64,000 bases of DNA from an uncultured Oscillospiraceae bacterium (GCA_944385815.1 CALWYQ010000156.1:20737-84736), one strand, 5' to 3'; shown: positions 45,083 to 53,906, counted from the first letter of the stretch. Notes: generated by a model not told the origin, from the sequence alone. Program-made: numbers and translations.

Positions 45083-46150
45083 TCAGGCCCAGATGTCGCC
45101 TATGGTGAAGCCCTCCTCGAAGGGGTCGGTCGGGTCGAGGACAAGGTTGCCATAGCCGTAGATCCAGCTTTCGCCTGTGATGGTGGGGACAACGGCGTCG
45201 TAATCGCCGATCTTCGCCTTTTCAATCAGCTTGCCGGTGTAGACAACGCCGAGCAGGCCCTCGTGACGGAAGGGCTCGTCCAGCTTGAGCTCGCCCTTGG
45301 CGTACATGGCGGCCATGCGGGCGCAGGTGCCGGTGCCGCAGGGGCAGCGGTCAAGCGCGCCGATCCAGGTGGAGGGGTTGTCGAAATCGACCTCGCCGCT
45401 CGCGACGGTGACTGCGTTCTGGACGTCGGACTTCTCCGGGTGCTTGCTCGGGCCGTAGAGCTGGCTTATCGTGATGCCGACGCCGGGGTAATCCGGGTGC
45501 GCGACGGGCAGCTGGTCCTGAGCGGCGCGGAGAATGAGGGAGGAGACGCGGGTTATCTCGCGGCCCATGTCGGGCGTGAGCTCTATCCACGGGAACTGCC
45601 TGACGTCGGCCATGACATAGAACATGCCGCCCCAGGCGACGTCGACCTTGACCTTCTCAACGCCGTGGCCGATGTGCGGGACCTCGATCTCCTTGTCCAC
45701 GTACACGGCGAAGGCGGGGACGTTCTTAAAGGTGACGGCGGTGGCCTTGCCGTTTTCGCAGACGGCCTCGATGCCTATAAGGCCCGCGGGAGCTTCAAGG
45801 TTGAACTTGTTGACGCCCTCCTTCATCGGGATGATGCCGGTCTCCAGCAGGACGGTTGCGACGGAGATGACGTTGCCGCCGCTCATCATCGGGTACTCGG
45901 TCTGCTCCATTATAATGAAGCCGGCAGCCGCATCGGGATGCTTGGGGGGGACAAGGATGTTGCAGCACATCGGGGGATAGCCTCTCGGCTCGCGAAGCAG
46001 GAACTTGCGCAGGCCGTCGGCATGCAGGCGGAGGTACTCCTCCATCTCGTACACGCTGTTGCCGGGGATGTGTCCGACACCGCCGGTTACGACGCGCATC
46101 GGCTCGCCGTCGTGGGTCTCAACGACGTTGATGACTCTCTTGAAGCTCAT
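45083..46150 (-). CDS. Proline racemase superfamily enzyme with Ser90/Cys271 at the two catalytic positions
   Basis: It has ETHDGEPMRVVTGG. The first catalytic position reads MMSGGN where canonical members have MCGH. The second reads DRCPCGTGTCA (Cys retained). Confidence 0.8.
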   Translation of the reverse strand: MSFKRVINVVETHDGEPMRVVTGGVGHIPGNSVYEMEEYLRLHADGLRKFLLREPRGYPPMCCNILVPPKHPDAAAGFIIMEQTEYPMMSGGNVISVATVLLETGIIPMKEGVNKFNLEAPAGLIGIEAVCENGKATAVTFKNVPAFAVYVDKEIEVPHIGHGVEKVKVDVAWGGMFYVMADVRQFPWIELTPDMGREITRVSSLILRAAQDQLPVAHPDYPGVGITISQLYGPSKHPEKSDVQNAVTVASGEVDFDNPSTWIGALDRCPCGTGTCARMAAMYAKGELKLDEPFRHEGLLGVVYTGKLIEKAKIGDYDAVVPTITGESWIYGYGNLVLDPTDPFEEGFTIGDIWA

Positions 46151-46191
46151 TTCTGTCCTCCTTGATTTAAAATGCTGAAAGATTTATATCA

Positions 46192-46217
46192 GGCGTCCGC
46201 CCGTATGGACGGACGCC
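46192..46217. other. Stem-loop between the BCCT gene and the proline-racemase-family gene
   Basis: GGCGTCCGCCC / GGACGGACGCC, imperfect with one mismatch. The T-run lies only on the plus strand, so a terminator role for the minus-strand operon is uncertain. Confidence 0.3.
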
Positions 46218-46244
46218 CTTTTGCGAGGGGTTGCTGCGGCGAGC

Positions 46245-47807
46245 TCAGCTTTCAACGTCAACCGGAGCTTCCAGGCAGCCCCAGTTGGGAGCGCTGTAGC
46301 ACACTTTGGAGTATTTGAACAGTACGACAAGGCACATTATCATAACTATGCTTTGCAGTACGCCGACAAGGGTGAACATGCCCTTGACGGAGTTGATTCC
46401 GCCGGTGGCGACGAGGGTGTAGCTCGTGCCGCAGAGGATGAGGCCGGTGAGGATCTTCTGGAACTTCGGGGCCTCGCTCTCGGCGTCCAGCCTGCGGCAG
46501 GAGAGGGTCGCAACGCAGGAGGCCATCGGGTCGGCGAGGGTGGAGAAGCTCATGACGATGCACAGCAGGAAGGCCACGGTGACGAACTTGCTCAGAGGCA
46601 GGGTGCCGATAATCTGGAAAACGGTGGACTGCATGCCGTAGGTCTCGAGCGCGGCCCAGACGTCAAAGGTGCCGGAGCTCTGCAGGTAGATAACCTGGCC
46701 GCCGAAGATGGCGATCCAGACCATGCAGAAGATGGAGGGGACGAGGACCTGGACCAGCATGAAGGTGCGGACGGTGCGGCCGCGGCCCATGCGGGCGAGG
46801 AACATGCCGATGACGGGCGCGTAGACGATGAAGGAGGCCCAGTACTGGATTATCCAGTCGGCGGACCAGGTCTCGCCGTCGGTGAGGACGGTGCTGCCGG
46901 TGGTCATGCGGCCGAGGTGGTCCCAGATGTAGCCGACGGCCTCGGAGCCGATCTTGCCGATGAACTCGGTGTTGCCGAACACAAGCACCCAGGCCATCAG
47001 GAAGAAGAAAAAGTACATGCAGCAGGTGGAGACGTACTTGAGGCCCTTGCTGATGCCGGTGACGCAGCTGGTGATGAACACCGCGCCGACGAACACGGCG
47101 GCAAGCAGCCAGACAAGCGCGCTCTGCGGGATGCCGAAGGCGGCTTCAATGCCGGCGCCTATCTGCATGAGGCCGACGCCCATGGAGTTTGAGGTGCCGC
47201 CCATGATGCAGAAGATGACCATGGCGGTGATGAGGGTGTTGAGCCAGCCGCGGCGCTTGCCGGTGGCGCACTCGACTATGGAGTTGAAGCTCAGGTTCTT
47301 CTTGCGGTTGACGCAGAGGACAGCGAAGGCGGCGCCGCAAAGGGCGTACATGCAGTACTGGACAAAGCTCCAGTTCCACATGGCCTGGCCGACGGCAAAG
47401 ATGCCGGCCTCGCGGCTGCCGGGGTCGGCGCCGACGAAGGCGGGGGTCTGCATGAAGTGGTACATGGGCTCGCCCATGGCCCAGAAGAGAAGGCCTGTGC
47501 CTATGCCGGAGCAGATGCTCATCGCGCACCAGGCGGGCAGGCTGTAGGCGGGCTTGGCGTCCTCGCCGCCTATCTTGATATCGCCATATTTAATGGCCAT
47601 GAAAATGACGCCGAATATCAGAAATACAAAGCTCAGGAGGTTGATGTACCAGCCGAGATAGTCGGCCATGCCATAGAGCAGCTTGGTCATGAAGTTGCCG
47701 ACGGGCTCGGTCCAGAGGGCGCCGGCTACGATGAAGAGGGCAAGTATGATTATGGCCGGCCAGAACGCGACCTTGTTCATCCGTCTATCCTCGAGAGTGT
47801 TGTTCAT
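46245..47807 (-). CDS. BCCT family (betaine/carnitine/choline-type) transporter
   Basis: It has about 12 TM helices and a Trp-rich BCCT-like segment (SADWIIQYWASFIVYAPVIGMFLARMGRGRTVR). The start is Met1 (47807) or Met10 (47780). Confidence 0.8.
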   Translation of the reverse strand: MNNTLEDRRMNKVAFWPAIIILALFIVAGALWTEPVGNFMTKLLYGMADYLGWYINLLSFVFLIFGVIFMAIKYGDIKIGGEDAKPAYSLPAWCAMSICSGIGTGLLFWAMGEPMYHFMQTPAFVGADPGSREAGIFAVGQAMWNWSFVQYCMYALCGAAFAVLCVNRKKNLSFNSIVECATGKRRGWLNTLITAMVIFCIMGGTSNSMGVGLMQIGAGIEAAFGIPQSALVWLLAAVFVGAVFITSCVTGISKGLKYVSTCCMYFFFFLMAWVLVFGNTEFIGKIGSEAVGYIWDHLGRMTTGSTVLTDGETWSADWIIQYWASFIVYAPVIGMFLARMGRGRTVRTFMLVQVLVPSIFCMVWIAIFGGQVIYLQSSGTFDVWAALETYGMQSTVFQIIGTLPLSKFVTVAFLLCIVMSFSTLADPMASCVATLSCRRLDAESEAPKFQKILTGLILCGTSYTLVATGGINSVKGMFTLVGVLQSIVMIMCLVVLFKYSKVCYSAPNWGCLEAPVDVES

Positions 47808-47848
47808 GTTTAACTCCTTTCTCTCTTTTCACATATCATCCTTTTTCC

Positions 47849-48484
47849 TCAAGAGTTAAAGAATCGCATGTTAATTTTACCGTCGAGCCACATTATAAGG
47901 TCCATGACCTTGGCGACGATAAAGCTGTAGAGCGCGGAATAGAGTATGGCCTTCCAGCTCTGCAGCGCGAGGCAGCAGAGCAGCATTATGGAGCAGTCCA
48001 TGATGAAAAGTATGCTGCCGTAGCTCAGGCGCGCAGCGCGCTTTTTTACGAGCAGCGCCAGCGCCGTGGTACCGGCCATGGTGCCGCCGGAGGCCATAAG
48101 CATTCCCGCGCCTATGCCCATCGCAGCTCCCCCAAGAGCGACGATAAGCACAGGATGCTCCGAATTGAAAAGCGGGGTCATCCACGCCCACAGATCCATG
48201 AGGGCCGAGGTGCCGGCCATGATTATTACCGTGTAGACCAGCACCTTCATGCCCTGCTTTTTGGTGACCAGGATCATCACCGGCACGTTCAATAGCAGGT
48301 TCACGGCTCCTATCGGCGTGTCCAAGAGGCTGTTTGCCGTAACCGCGAGGCCCAGCATGCTGCCCGGTATGACCTCGATCTGGTTTACATAGACCATGGA
48401 GAGAGCGTAGATCACGCAGCCGATAATAAGCAGCAACGCCTCATATATCCTGCGCGCGCTGCGCTTTTTTCCTTCGAGGGGCAT
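47849..48484 (-). CDS. YitT/YczE-like integral membrane protein
   Basis: It is a 211-aa polytopic membrane protein with a weak family resemblance only. Confidence 0.4.
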   Translation of the reverse strand: MPLEGKKRSARRIYEALLLIIGCVIYALSMVYVNQIEVIPGSMLGLAVTANSLLDTPIGAVNLLLNVPVMILVTKKQGMKVLVYTVIIMAGTSALMDLWAWMTPLFNSEHPVLIVALGGAAMGIGAGMLMASGGTMAGTTALALLVKKRAARLSYGSILFIMDCSIMLLCCLALQSWKAILYSALYSFIVAKVMDLIMWLDGKINMRFFNS

Positions 48485-48488
48485 ATGC

Positions 48489-48914
48489 TCAGAAATAGAC
48501 CTCTATCTCGTCGCGATCGGTGAAGAACTGCACCTCGCGCGCGCCCTCGAGCTTCATGTAGTCCTCCTCGCTGAGGTTGACCACGGGGATGGCGTAGTTA
48601 TAAAAGCGCTTCGCTATCAGCGGGCCGGTGAGGACGACAGGATCGCTCCTCACGTTTATAATGGCGGCCGGGGCGCAGTGGGTGCGGACCTGCTCAAGGA
48701 TGATGAGGCCGGTGCCGCTGCTGCCCTTGGGCGTCGGGAAGGCGAGGACCTTGCCGTTCATGTTCTGCTGATAGAAGGGGTGGCGCCTGTCGCGGATAAG
48801 GCCGCTCTGCGGGTCAACGGTGCCCCAGAAGCTCATCGGCTCGTTGCACCACATCAGCTCCGCGCGGACGTCGCCGGTGACGGCGTATTTGCATTTGAGC
48901 GTCAGCTTCTCCAT
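48489..48914 (-). CDS. Aconitase X swivel-domain subunit (DUF126)
   Basis: It is 141 aa with SFWGTVDPQSGLI and GKVLAFPTPKGSSGTG motifs. It overlaps the DUF521 gene by 13 nt. Confidence 0.78.
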   Translation of the reverse strand: MEKLTLKCKYAVTGDVRAELMWCNEPMSFWGTVDPQSGLIRDRRHPFYQQNMNGKVLAFPTPKGSSGTGLIILEQVRTHCAPAAIINVRSDPVVLTGPLIAKRFYNYAIPVVNLSEEDYMKLEGAREVQFFTDRDEIEVYF

Positions 48915-50167
48915 GGCTTTGCCTCCTTAACTACCTTGCCGGCCACGGCCGACTCGATGCAGTCCGCCATGCTGCCGAACACGGGCTGCAGCCCGCGCAT
49001 GGCGAAGCAGTAGGTGTCGAACTTGCCGGAGTTGGACATCATCGTCCTGGTGCCGAGCTTCTGGTTGCGGTACTCTAAGATGCAGCCGTCGCTGTATACC
49101 TCTACGCCGAGGCGGACAAGGTCCTCGTAAACGCCGCTGTCCTTCAGGCGGTCGACCACGCTGCGCGGGGTGATGAGCCAGAAGTTGGTGTTGTCGTTTA
49201 CGCGGCGGCCGCGGAAGAGGTCGCGCACCATGACGCACTCGTTGTAGCTCGCGTGCGGACAGCCGAGCACAACGGCGTCGAGGTCGGTGACGTCGGGGTT
49301 GGTGATCTGGTTTTCCGCATCGCGCAGGTCGGAGAGGTGGATCTCAACGACCTCCTCGGGCTTGTTCGGGCCGAAGGCCTGCTCATAGGTCTGCGCCTCG
49401 GGGGTCACGCCTATCATGTGGAAGAGCGCGATGCCGCCGGAGGACGCCGCCGTGGCGCTGAACTGCTTGAGGATTTCGTTGGTGGCGCCCCTCGCGGGCA
49501 TGCCCTCAAGCGCCCATACACGGTCCTTGACTATGGAGCCGAAGGCATAGGAGATGAGGTTCCAGATGCTCTCGTCGGTGAAGTACTCGGGCTTGATGTC
49601 CGCGCCGAGCTTGACGAGGCCCTGAGCGTGGCGGTTCTCCGGCACGTGCAGGCCGAAGTACGGGGCCCTGCCCGCTATGCCGCAGAGCAGCTCGAGCGGG
49701 CCGGCGTACCTGTTGGTACGCGCACCGATGATTGAGTTGTAGTAGCAAATGACGTTGGACTCGGCGCTCGCGAACTGCTGGCCGAAGCCCGGCGCGACGC
49801 CGATGTGATACGGCGCGCAGGACCAGGTGGGGATGGCACCCATCTTTACGTGGGCGGCCTCGATTCGCCTCGTCGCCGACATCGTCTCCACATCGTGCTT
49901 CTGCCTGTCCCATTTTTCAATGTCGCAGGCCGTCGCGTTGGTGGTGGTGGGTACGGCGAATTTGGCGCCCTTTTCGGCAAGCATTTCTGCGAAAGCAACC
50001 TGTGCCTCGCCGGCGTAAACGGTGCTGTCGTCATGGCAGCCGACTATCTCCACAAACTCCTCCACATCATAGAACATGGCGAGGTCATAGAGCGCCTGGA
50101 TCGCCTGCTGACGGATTTCACCCTCTTCGCCGTTGAGCATTGCCTTCTCTTTGTCCGTTAGACGCAA
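48902..50167 (-). CDS. Aconitase X catalytic subunit (DUF521)
   Basis: It is 421 aa with an LTDKEKAMLNGEEGE N-terminus, typical of DUF521/AcnX large subunits. It is paired with DUF126. Confidence 0.78.
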   Translation of the reverse strand: MRLTDKEKAMLNGEEGEIRQQAIQALYDLAMFYDVEEFVEIVGCHDDSTVYAGEAQVAFAEMLAEKGAKFAVPTTTNATACDIEKWDRQKHDVETMSATRRIEAAHVKMGAIPTWSCAPYHIGVAPGFGQQFASAESNVICYYNSIIGARTNRYAGPLELLCGIAGRAPYFGLHVPENRHAQGLVKLGADIKPEYFTDESIWNLISYAFGSIVKDRVWALEGMPARGATNEILKQFSATAASSGGIALFHMIGVTPEAQTYEQAFGPNKPEEVVEIHLSDLRDAENQITNPDVTDLDAVVLGCPHASYNECVMVRDLFRGRRVNDNTNFWLITPRSVVDRLKDSGVYEDLVRLGVEVYSDGCILEYRNQKLGTRTMMSNSGKFDTYCFAMRGLQPVFGSMADCIESAVAGKVVKEAKPWRS

Positions 50168-50226
50168 TTTGCTTCTCCTCCTTCCGTTGAAAAAATATTC
50201 GATTAAGCCGCAGCTTGATCAGACGA

Positions 50227-50763
50227 TTAAAGTTTTTTGAGCTCGTTTGCTCCGATGCGGTAGCACTCCTCGTTTTTGGGGGTGTTCCTGCCCTTATGGT
50301 CGAAGTAGGCGTTGAGCCCGGCGCTGAAGGTGTCCACGTCCAGAATGCCGGTGGCCTGGGCCATGGCGCCGAGCATGACGATGTTTGCCGCGCGGCCGTT
50401 CCCGACGGCGTTGGCGCGGTCGGTGGCGTCCACGCCGTAGACATTGACGTTCTCGGGCCAGCTGTCCCTGGAGATAAGGGAGGTGTTAACGATGACGGTG
50501 CCGCCGTCGCGCATGTCGCCGATAAACTTGTCGTAGCTCGGCTCGTTGAAGGCGAGCAGTATATCCAGCTTGGTGGGGTAGGGGCTGCCTATCTCCTCGT
50601 CGGAGATGACCACGCTGCAGCTGGCGGTGCCGCCGCGCATCTCCGCGCCATAGGAGGAGGTCCAGCTCACGTTCTTGCCCTCTCGGGCCGCGATGTCTAT
50701 AAGTATCTTGCCGGCGGTCAGAACGCCCTGGCCGCCGAAGCCGGCCATGATAATGTCAGCCAT
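50227..50763 (-). CDS. 2-oxoacid:ferredoxin oxidoreductase, gamma subunit (operon 2)
   Basis: It has IIMAGFGGQGV and SYGAEMRGGTA. It is a paralog of 33006..33566. Confidence 0.85.
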   Translation of the reverse strand: MADIIMAGFGGQGVLTAGKILIDIAAREGKNVSWTSSYGAEMRGGTASCSVVISDEEIGSPYPTKLDILLAFNEPSYDKFIGDMRDGGTVIVNTSLISRDSWPENVNVYGVDATDRANAVGNGRAANIVMLGAMAQATGILDVDTFSAGLNAYFDHKGRNTPKNEECYRIGANELKKL

Positions 50764-51503
50764 CAGTCCTTGCCTCCTCTGTCAACATATACGCCTACGG
50801 GGAAAACCTTTTCGTTCTCGTTCTTTATCTTGGCCATGGCCTCAACCGGGCTGAGCTTCCAGTTGGTGGGACAGGGGGAGAGCACCTCAATTATGGAGAA
50901 GCCCTTCTTCTCCATCTGGTTTTCAAAGCCCTTTTTGATGAAGCGCTTGGTCTCGTCGATGTGACGCGCGTCATAGAGCGCACCGCGGGCGGCGAAGGCC
51001 ACGTCGCAGTTGGCGATGTTCTTGAGCATGTCCACGGGGTGGCCCATGGTCTCAACCTTGCGGCCGGCCTTGCTCGAGAGGGTCTTGTCGCCGACAAGGG
51101 TGGTGGCGAGGTTGAGCTGGCCGCCGGTCATGCCGAAAATACCGTTGTTGACGACTATCATGGTTATGGGCACGTCGCGGATGGCGGCGTACATGGTCTC
51201 GGCGAGGCCGATGACATAGGAACAGCCGTCGCCGGCGTGGACGTACACGGTGGCGTCAGGGCGGACCTTCTTGATGCCGGTGGCGACGGAGGCGCAGCGC
51301 CCGTGGGGGCCGGCGATGAACTCAAAGTTCATGGCGTCCTGAGACCAGAAGCTGCAGGCGATGTCGACGCAGCCGATGACGTGGTCCTGAAGCCCTAACT
51401 CCTCTATGCTCTCGGCAATCAGGCGCTGGATGACGCCGTGGCCACAGCCGCCGCAGTAGCCGGCGGTGTTGATTATTGACTCAGGCTTACGGTAGACGGG
51501 CAT
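50763..51503 (-). CDS. 2-oxoacid:ferredoxin oxidoreductase, beta (TPP) subunit (operon 2)
   Basis: It has YCGGCGHG, GDG and NNGIFGMTGGQ. There is a 1-nt overlap with the gamma gene. Confidence 0.86.
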   Translation of the reverse strand: MPVYRKPESIINTAGYCGGCGHGVIQRLIAESIEELGLQDHVIGCVDIACSFWSQDAMNFEFIAGPHGRCASVATGIKKVRPDATVYVHAGDGCSYVIGLAETMYAAIRDVPITMIVVNNGIFGMTGGQLNLATTLVGDKTLSSKAGRKVETMGHPVDMLKNIANCDVAFAARGALYDARHIDETKRFIKKGFENQMEKKGFSIIEVLSPCPTNWKLSPVEAMAKIKNENEKVFPVGVYVDRGGKD

Positions 51504-51504
51504 T

Positions 51505-52587
51505 TCAAAGCACCTCCATGGGTTTTATCTTCCCGGCTAAAATATCGCGGCAGCGGTCGATGATGCCCTCCACGGTCGGGAGCTCCTTGGAGGTCAGGCA
51601 GCCGTACAGCGGCTTTTTGAACTCGGTGGCGAGCAGGATGTCCTCGCCCATCTGCGAGGTGATGCTCATCTCCACCGTCACATAGCCCTTTACGCTCTCG
51701 GGCACGTCCTTAAAGGCCTTGCGGGGATAGGGCCAAACGGTGATAGGACGGATGAGGCCGAGCTTCATGCCCTCCTTGCGGGCCTGGCGGACGGCGCTGC
51801 GGCAGACCCTCGAGGAAATGCCGTAGGCCACAAGGACGAGCTCGGCGTCCTCGACCATGAAGGACTCCCAGCGCTGCTCGTTTTCAAACATGGCTTCGAT
51901 CTTCTCGCGCATGTACTTGTCATAGGCCTCATAGCCCATGTAGTAGCTGAGGTTGTAGGCCTTGTTCTTCCTGGCGTCCCTCGGCTTGCCGGTGAGCGTC
52001 CAGTCGAACTTGTCCATGTCGTGCTCGTGCGGCTCGGGGAGGTAGCACTTCTCAATCATCTGGCATATCGCGCCGTCGCTGAGTATCTCTACGACGTTGC
52101 GGTATTTTTCGGCGAGGTCGAAGGCCTCATAGGTGAGGTCGGCGCACTCCTGGACGGAGGCCGGCGCGAGGACAAGTATGCGCTTGTCGCCGTGGCCGCC
52201 GCCGCGGGTGGAGACCCAGTAGGAGTCCTGGCCGGCGGTTATCTCGCCGTCGCCGAGGCCGTAGCGCATGGCGTTTACGATGACGGCCGGGATGCCGGCG
52301 GCGGAGAGGTAGGATATCTCCTCCTGCTTGAGGTCAAAGCCCGGGCCGGAGGAGCTGCTCATGCAGCGCGCGCCGCAGGCCGCCGCGCCGAAAAGCATGC
52401 TCATGCTGGCGATTTCGTTCTCGCCCTGGATAAAAACGCCGCCGCGCTTTTCCATGTTGACGGACATGTACTCAAGGATCTCGCTCTGGGGAGTGATGGG
52501 GTAACCGGCATAGAAGCGGCAGCCGGCGCGCAGCGCGGCCTCGGCTATCGCCTCGTTGCCTTTCATCAGGACGTATTCAGCGCTCAT
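51505..52587 (-). CDS. 2-oxoacid:ferredoxin oxidoreductase, alpha subunit (operon 2)
   Basis: It begins MKGNEAIAEAALRAGCRFYAGYPITPQ. I chose the start at Met15 of the track ORF (ATG 52587), behind a perfect AGGAGG RBS. Confidence 0.85.
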   Translation of the reverse strand: MSAEYVLMKGNEAIAEAALRAGCRFYAGYPITPQSEILEYMSVNMEKRGGVFIQGENEIASMSMLFGAAACGARCMSSSSGPGFDLKQEEISYLSAAGIPAVIVNAMRYGLGDGEITAGQDSYWVSTRGGGHGDKRILVLAPASVQECADLTYEAFDLAEKYRNVVEILSDGAICQMIEKCYLPEPHEHDMDKFDWTLTGKPRDARKNKAYNLSYYMGYEAYDKYMREKIEAMFENEQRWESFMVEDAELVLVAYGISSRVCRSAVRQARKEGMKLGLIRPITVWPYPRKAFKDVPESVKGYVTVEMSITSQMGEDILLATEFKKPLYGCLTSKELPTVEGIIDRCRDILAGKIKPMEVL

Positions 52588-52609
52588 AACAATTCCTCCT
52601 TCTCCGGGC

Positions 52610-52807
52610 TCATTCAACAGTGAACACATAGTCCGGGCAGACCTTGTAGCATATGCCGCAGCCTATACAGAGCTCTTCGTTTACCTCGATGATCTCATAG
52701 CCCTTCTTGTTTACCACCTCAAGGGCTGTTATCGCCTTTTTGGGGCAGTTCGCCACACAGAGCCTGCAGCCCTTACACAGGTCGGTGTTCGCCTTAGCTT
52801 TAGCCAT
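52610..52807 (-). CDS. 2-oxoacid:ferredoxin oxidoreductase, delta subunit (2x[4Fe-4S]) (operon 2)
   Basis: It has two Cys clusters (CKGCRLCVANCP and CIGCGICYKVCP) in 65 aa. Confidence 0.82.
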   Translation of the reverse strand: MAKAKANTDLCKGCRLCVANCPKKAITALEVVNKKGYEIIEVNEELCIGCGICYKVCPDYVFTVE

Positions 52808-52848
52808 GTCGCTCCTCCTCGCATATCATTTATCGTGCAGAAAATCGG

Positions 52849-52950
52849 AATTGTGAAATGTGTATCATTAATACTAAAACTACATTTCACAATTTCACTT
52901 AATATATTAAACCTGACGGGCTGGAAAGTAAATAGTGAAATTACATTTCA
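52849..52950. promoter_or_regulatory. Array of GTGAAAT/ATTTCAC half-sites, candidate IclR operator region
   Basis: There is a perfect 13-bp inverted repeat: AATTGTGAAATGT (52849-52861) and ACATTTCACAATT (52882-52894). An extra ATTTCAC lies at 52892-52898, and a compact palindrome GTGAAATTACATTTCA lies at 52936-52950. Confidence 0.5.
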
Positions 52951-53049
52951 GAATAAGCGCCAGCGTTTCACCATTGCTTTTGTATAATTTGGTGTGTAAA
53001 GGCCACAAAAACTGAAACGCAAATTTCGTTTTTTTCGTTGCCGCGGCTC

Positions 53050-53078
53050 TTGACACTCTTAGCTTCGGAATGTATGAT
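53050..53078 (+). promoter_or_regulatory. Sigma-A-type promoter for the IclR gene
   Basis: TTGACA (53050-53055), a 17-nt spacer, then TATGAT (53073-53078). Confidence 0.55.
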
Positions 53079-53114
53079 ATTTGAAGTCTGATATATAAAT
53101 AATAGAGGTGCAAT

Positions 53115-53879
53115 ATGGCGGAAAAGGCGGAGTCCCTTCAGGTTGTTGAAAGGACCTTCAAGGTCCTCGAGCTTATAGCGGCGAACAGGAAAATGCGGCT
53201 CAACGACATATATTCGGCGACGGGCATAAACAAGGCCTCGCTGCTGAGGATACTTGCGAGCCTTTGCGAATGCGGGTATCTCAACCGCTCGGAGCGGGAC
53301 GGGGAGTATTCGCTCACCTTCAAGGCCTTTGAGGTCGGCGTAAAGGCGGTGCGCACGAGCGAGATTGACTATGTCATCCGCAACACGCTCGAGCAGCTCT
53401 CCAGGGAGCACAACGTGGTGGCGCAGTTTTCCGTTGAGGACCACGACGAGCTGCTATGCCTTCAGAGCTATGACGAGAACAGCACCGGCTACACGGTATA
53501 CACCCGTGTCGGCCAGCGTATGCCGATGTACACCTCGAGCGCGGGCAAGGCCATACTGAGCACGTATTCAAACGAGCAGATACGCGAAAAGTGGAAGCGC
53601 TACGATGTCCGCCGCCTTTCGCCCAACTCCATCACCAACATAGACGCCTTCCTCAAGGAGATAGCCCGCGTGCGCGAGCGCGGCTACGCCACGGATATGG
53701 AGGAGTGCGAGCCAGGGCTCTTCTGCGTGGGCACGGTGCTGCTCAACTACAACCTCTGCCCGATAGGCGCCATCAGCCTGTCCACGAGCTCCATGACCGA
53801 GGAGCGGCGCAACGAGCTGAGCGGCGCCCTGCTTGAGCAGTGCCGCCGCCTCTCCTACATGCTCGGCTACACAAAATAA
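53115..53879 (+). CDS. IclR family transcriptional regulator
   Basis: It has an N-terminal wHTH (VVERTFKVLELIAANRKMRLNDIYSATGINKASLLRIL) and a C-terminal IclR effector-domain pattern. It is transcribed divergently from the catabolic operon. Confidence 0.85.
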   Translation: MAEKAESLQVVERTFKVLELIAANRKMRLNDIYSATGINKASLLRILASLCECGYLNRSERDGEYSLTFKAFEVGVKAVRTSEIDYVIRNTLEQLSREHNVVAQFSVEDHDELLCLQSYDENSTGYTVYTRVGQRMPMYTSSAGKAILSTYSNEQIREKWKRYDVRRLSPNSITNIDAFLKEIARVRERGYATDMEECEPGLFCVGTVLLNYNLCPIGAISLSTSSMTEERRNELSGALLEQCRRLSYMLGYTK

Positions 53880-53880
53880 A

Positions 53881-53906
53881 AAATCCCCCGCCGCGGCGGG
53901 GGATTT
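53881..53906 (+). terminator. Rho-independent terminator after the IclR gene
   Basis: AAATCCCCCGCC GC GGCGGGGGATTT. Confidence 0.7.

Noticed and set aside
46192-46217. The hairpin after the BCCT gene as a firm operon boundary (terminator).
   Set aside because: The U-tract is on the wrong (plus) strand for the minus-strand genes. I therefore kept the 13-gene co-directional array as one candidate transcription unit pending RNA data.
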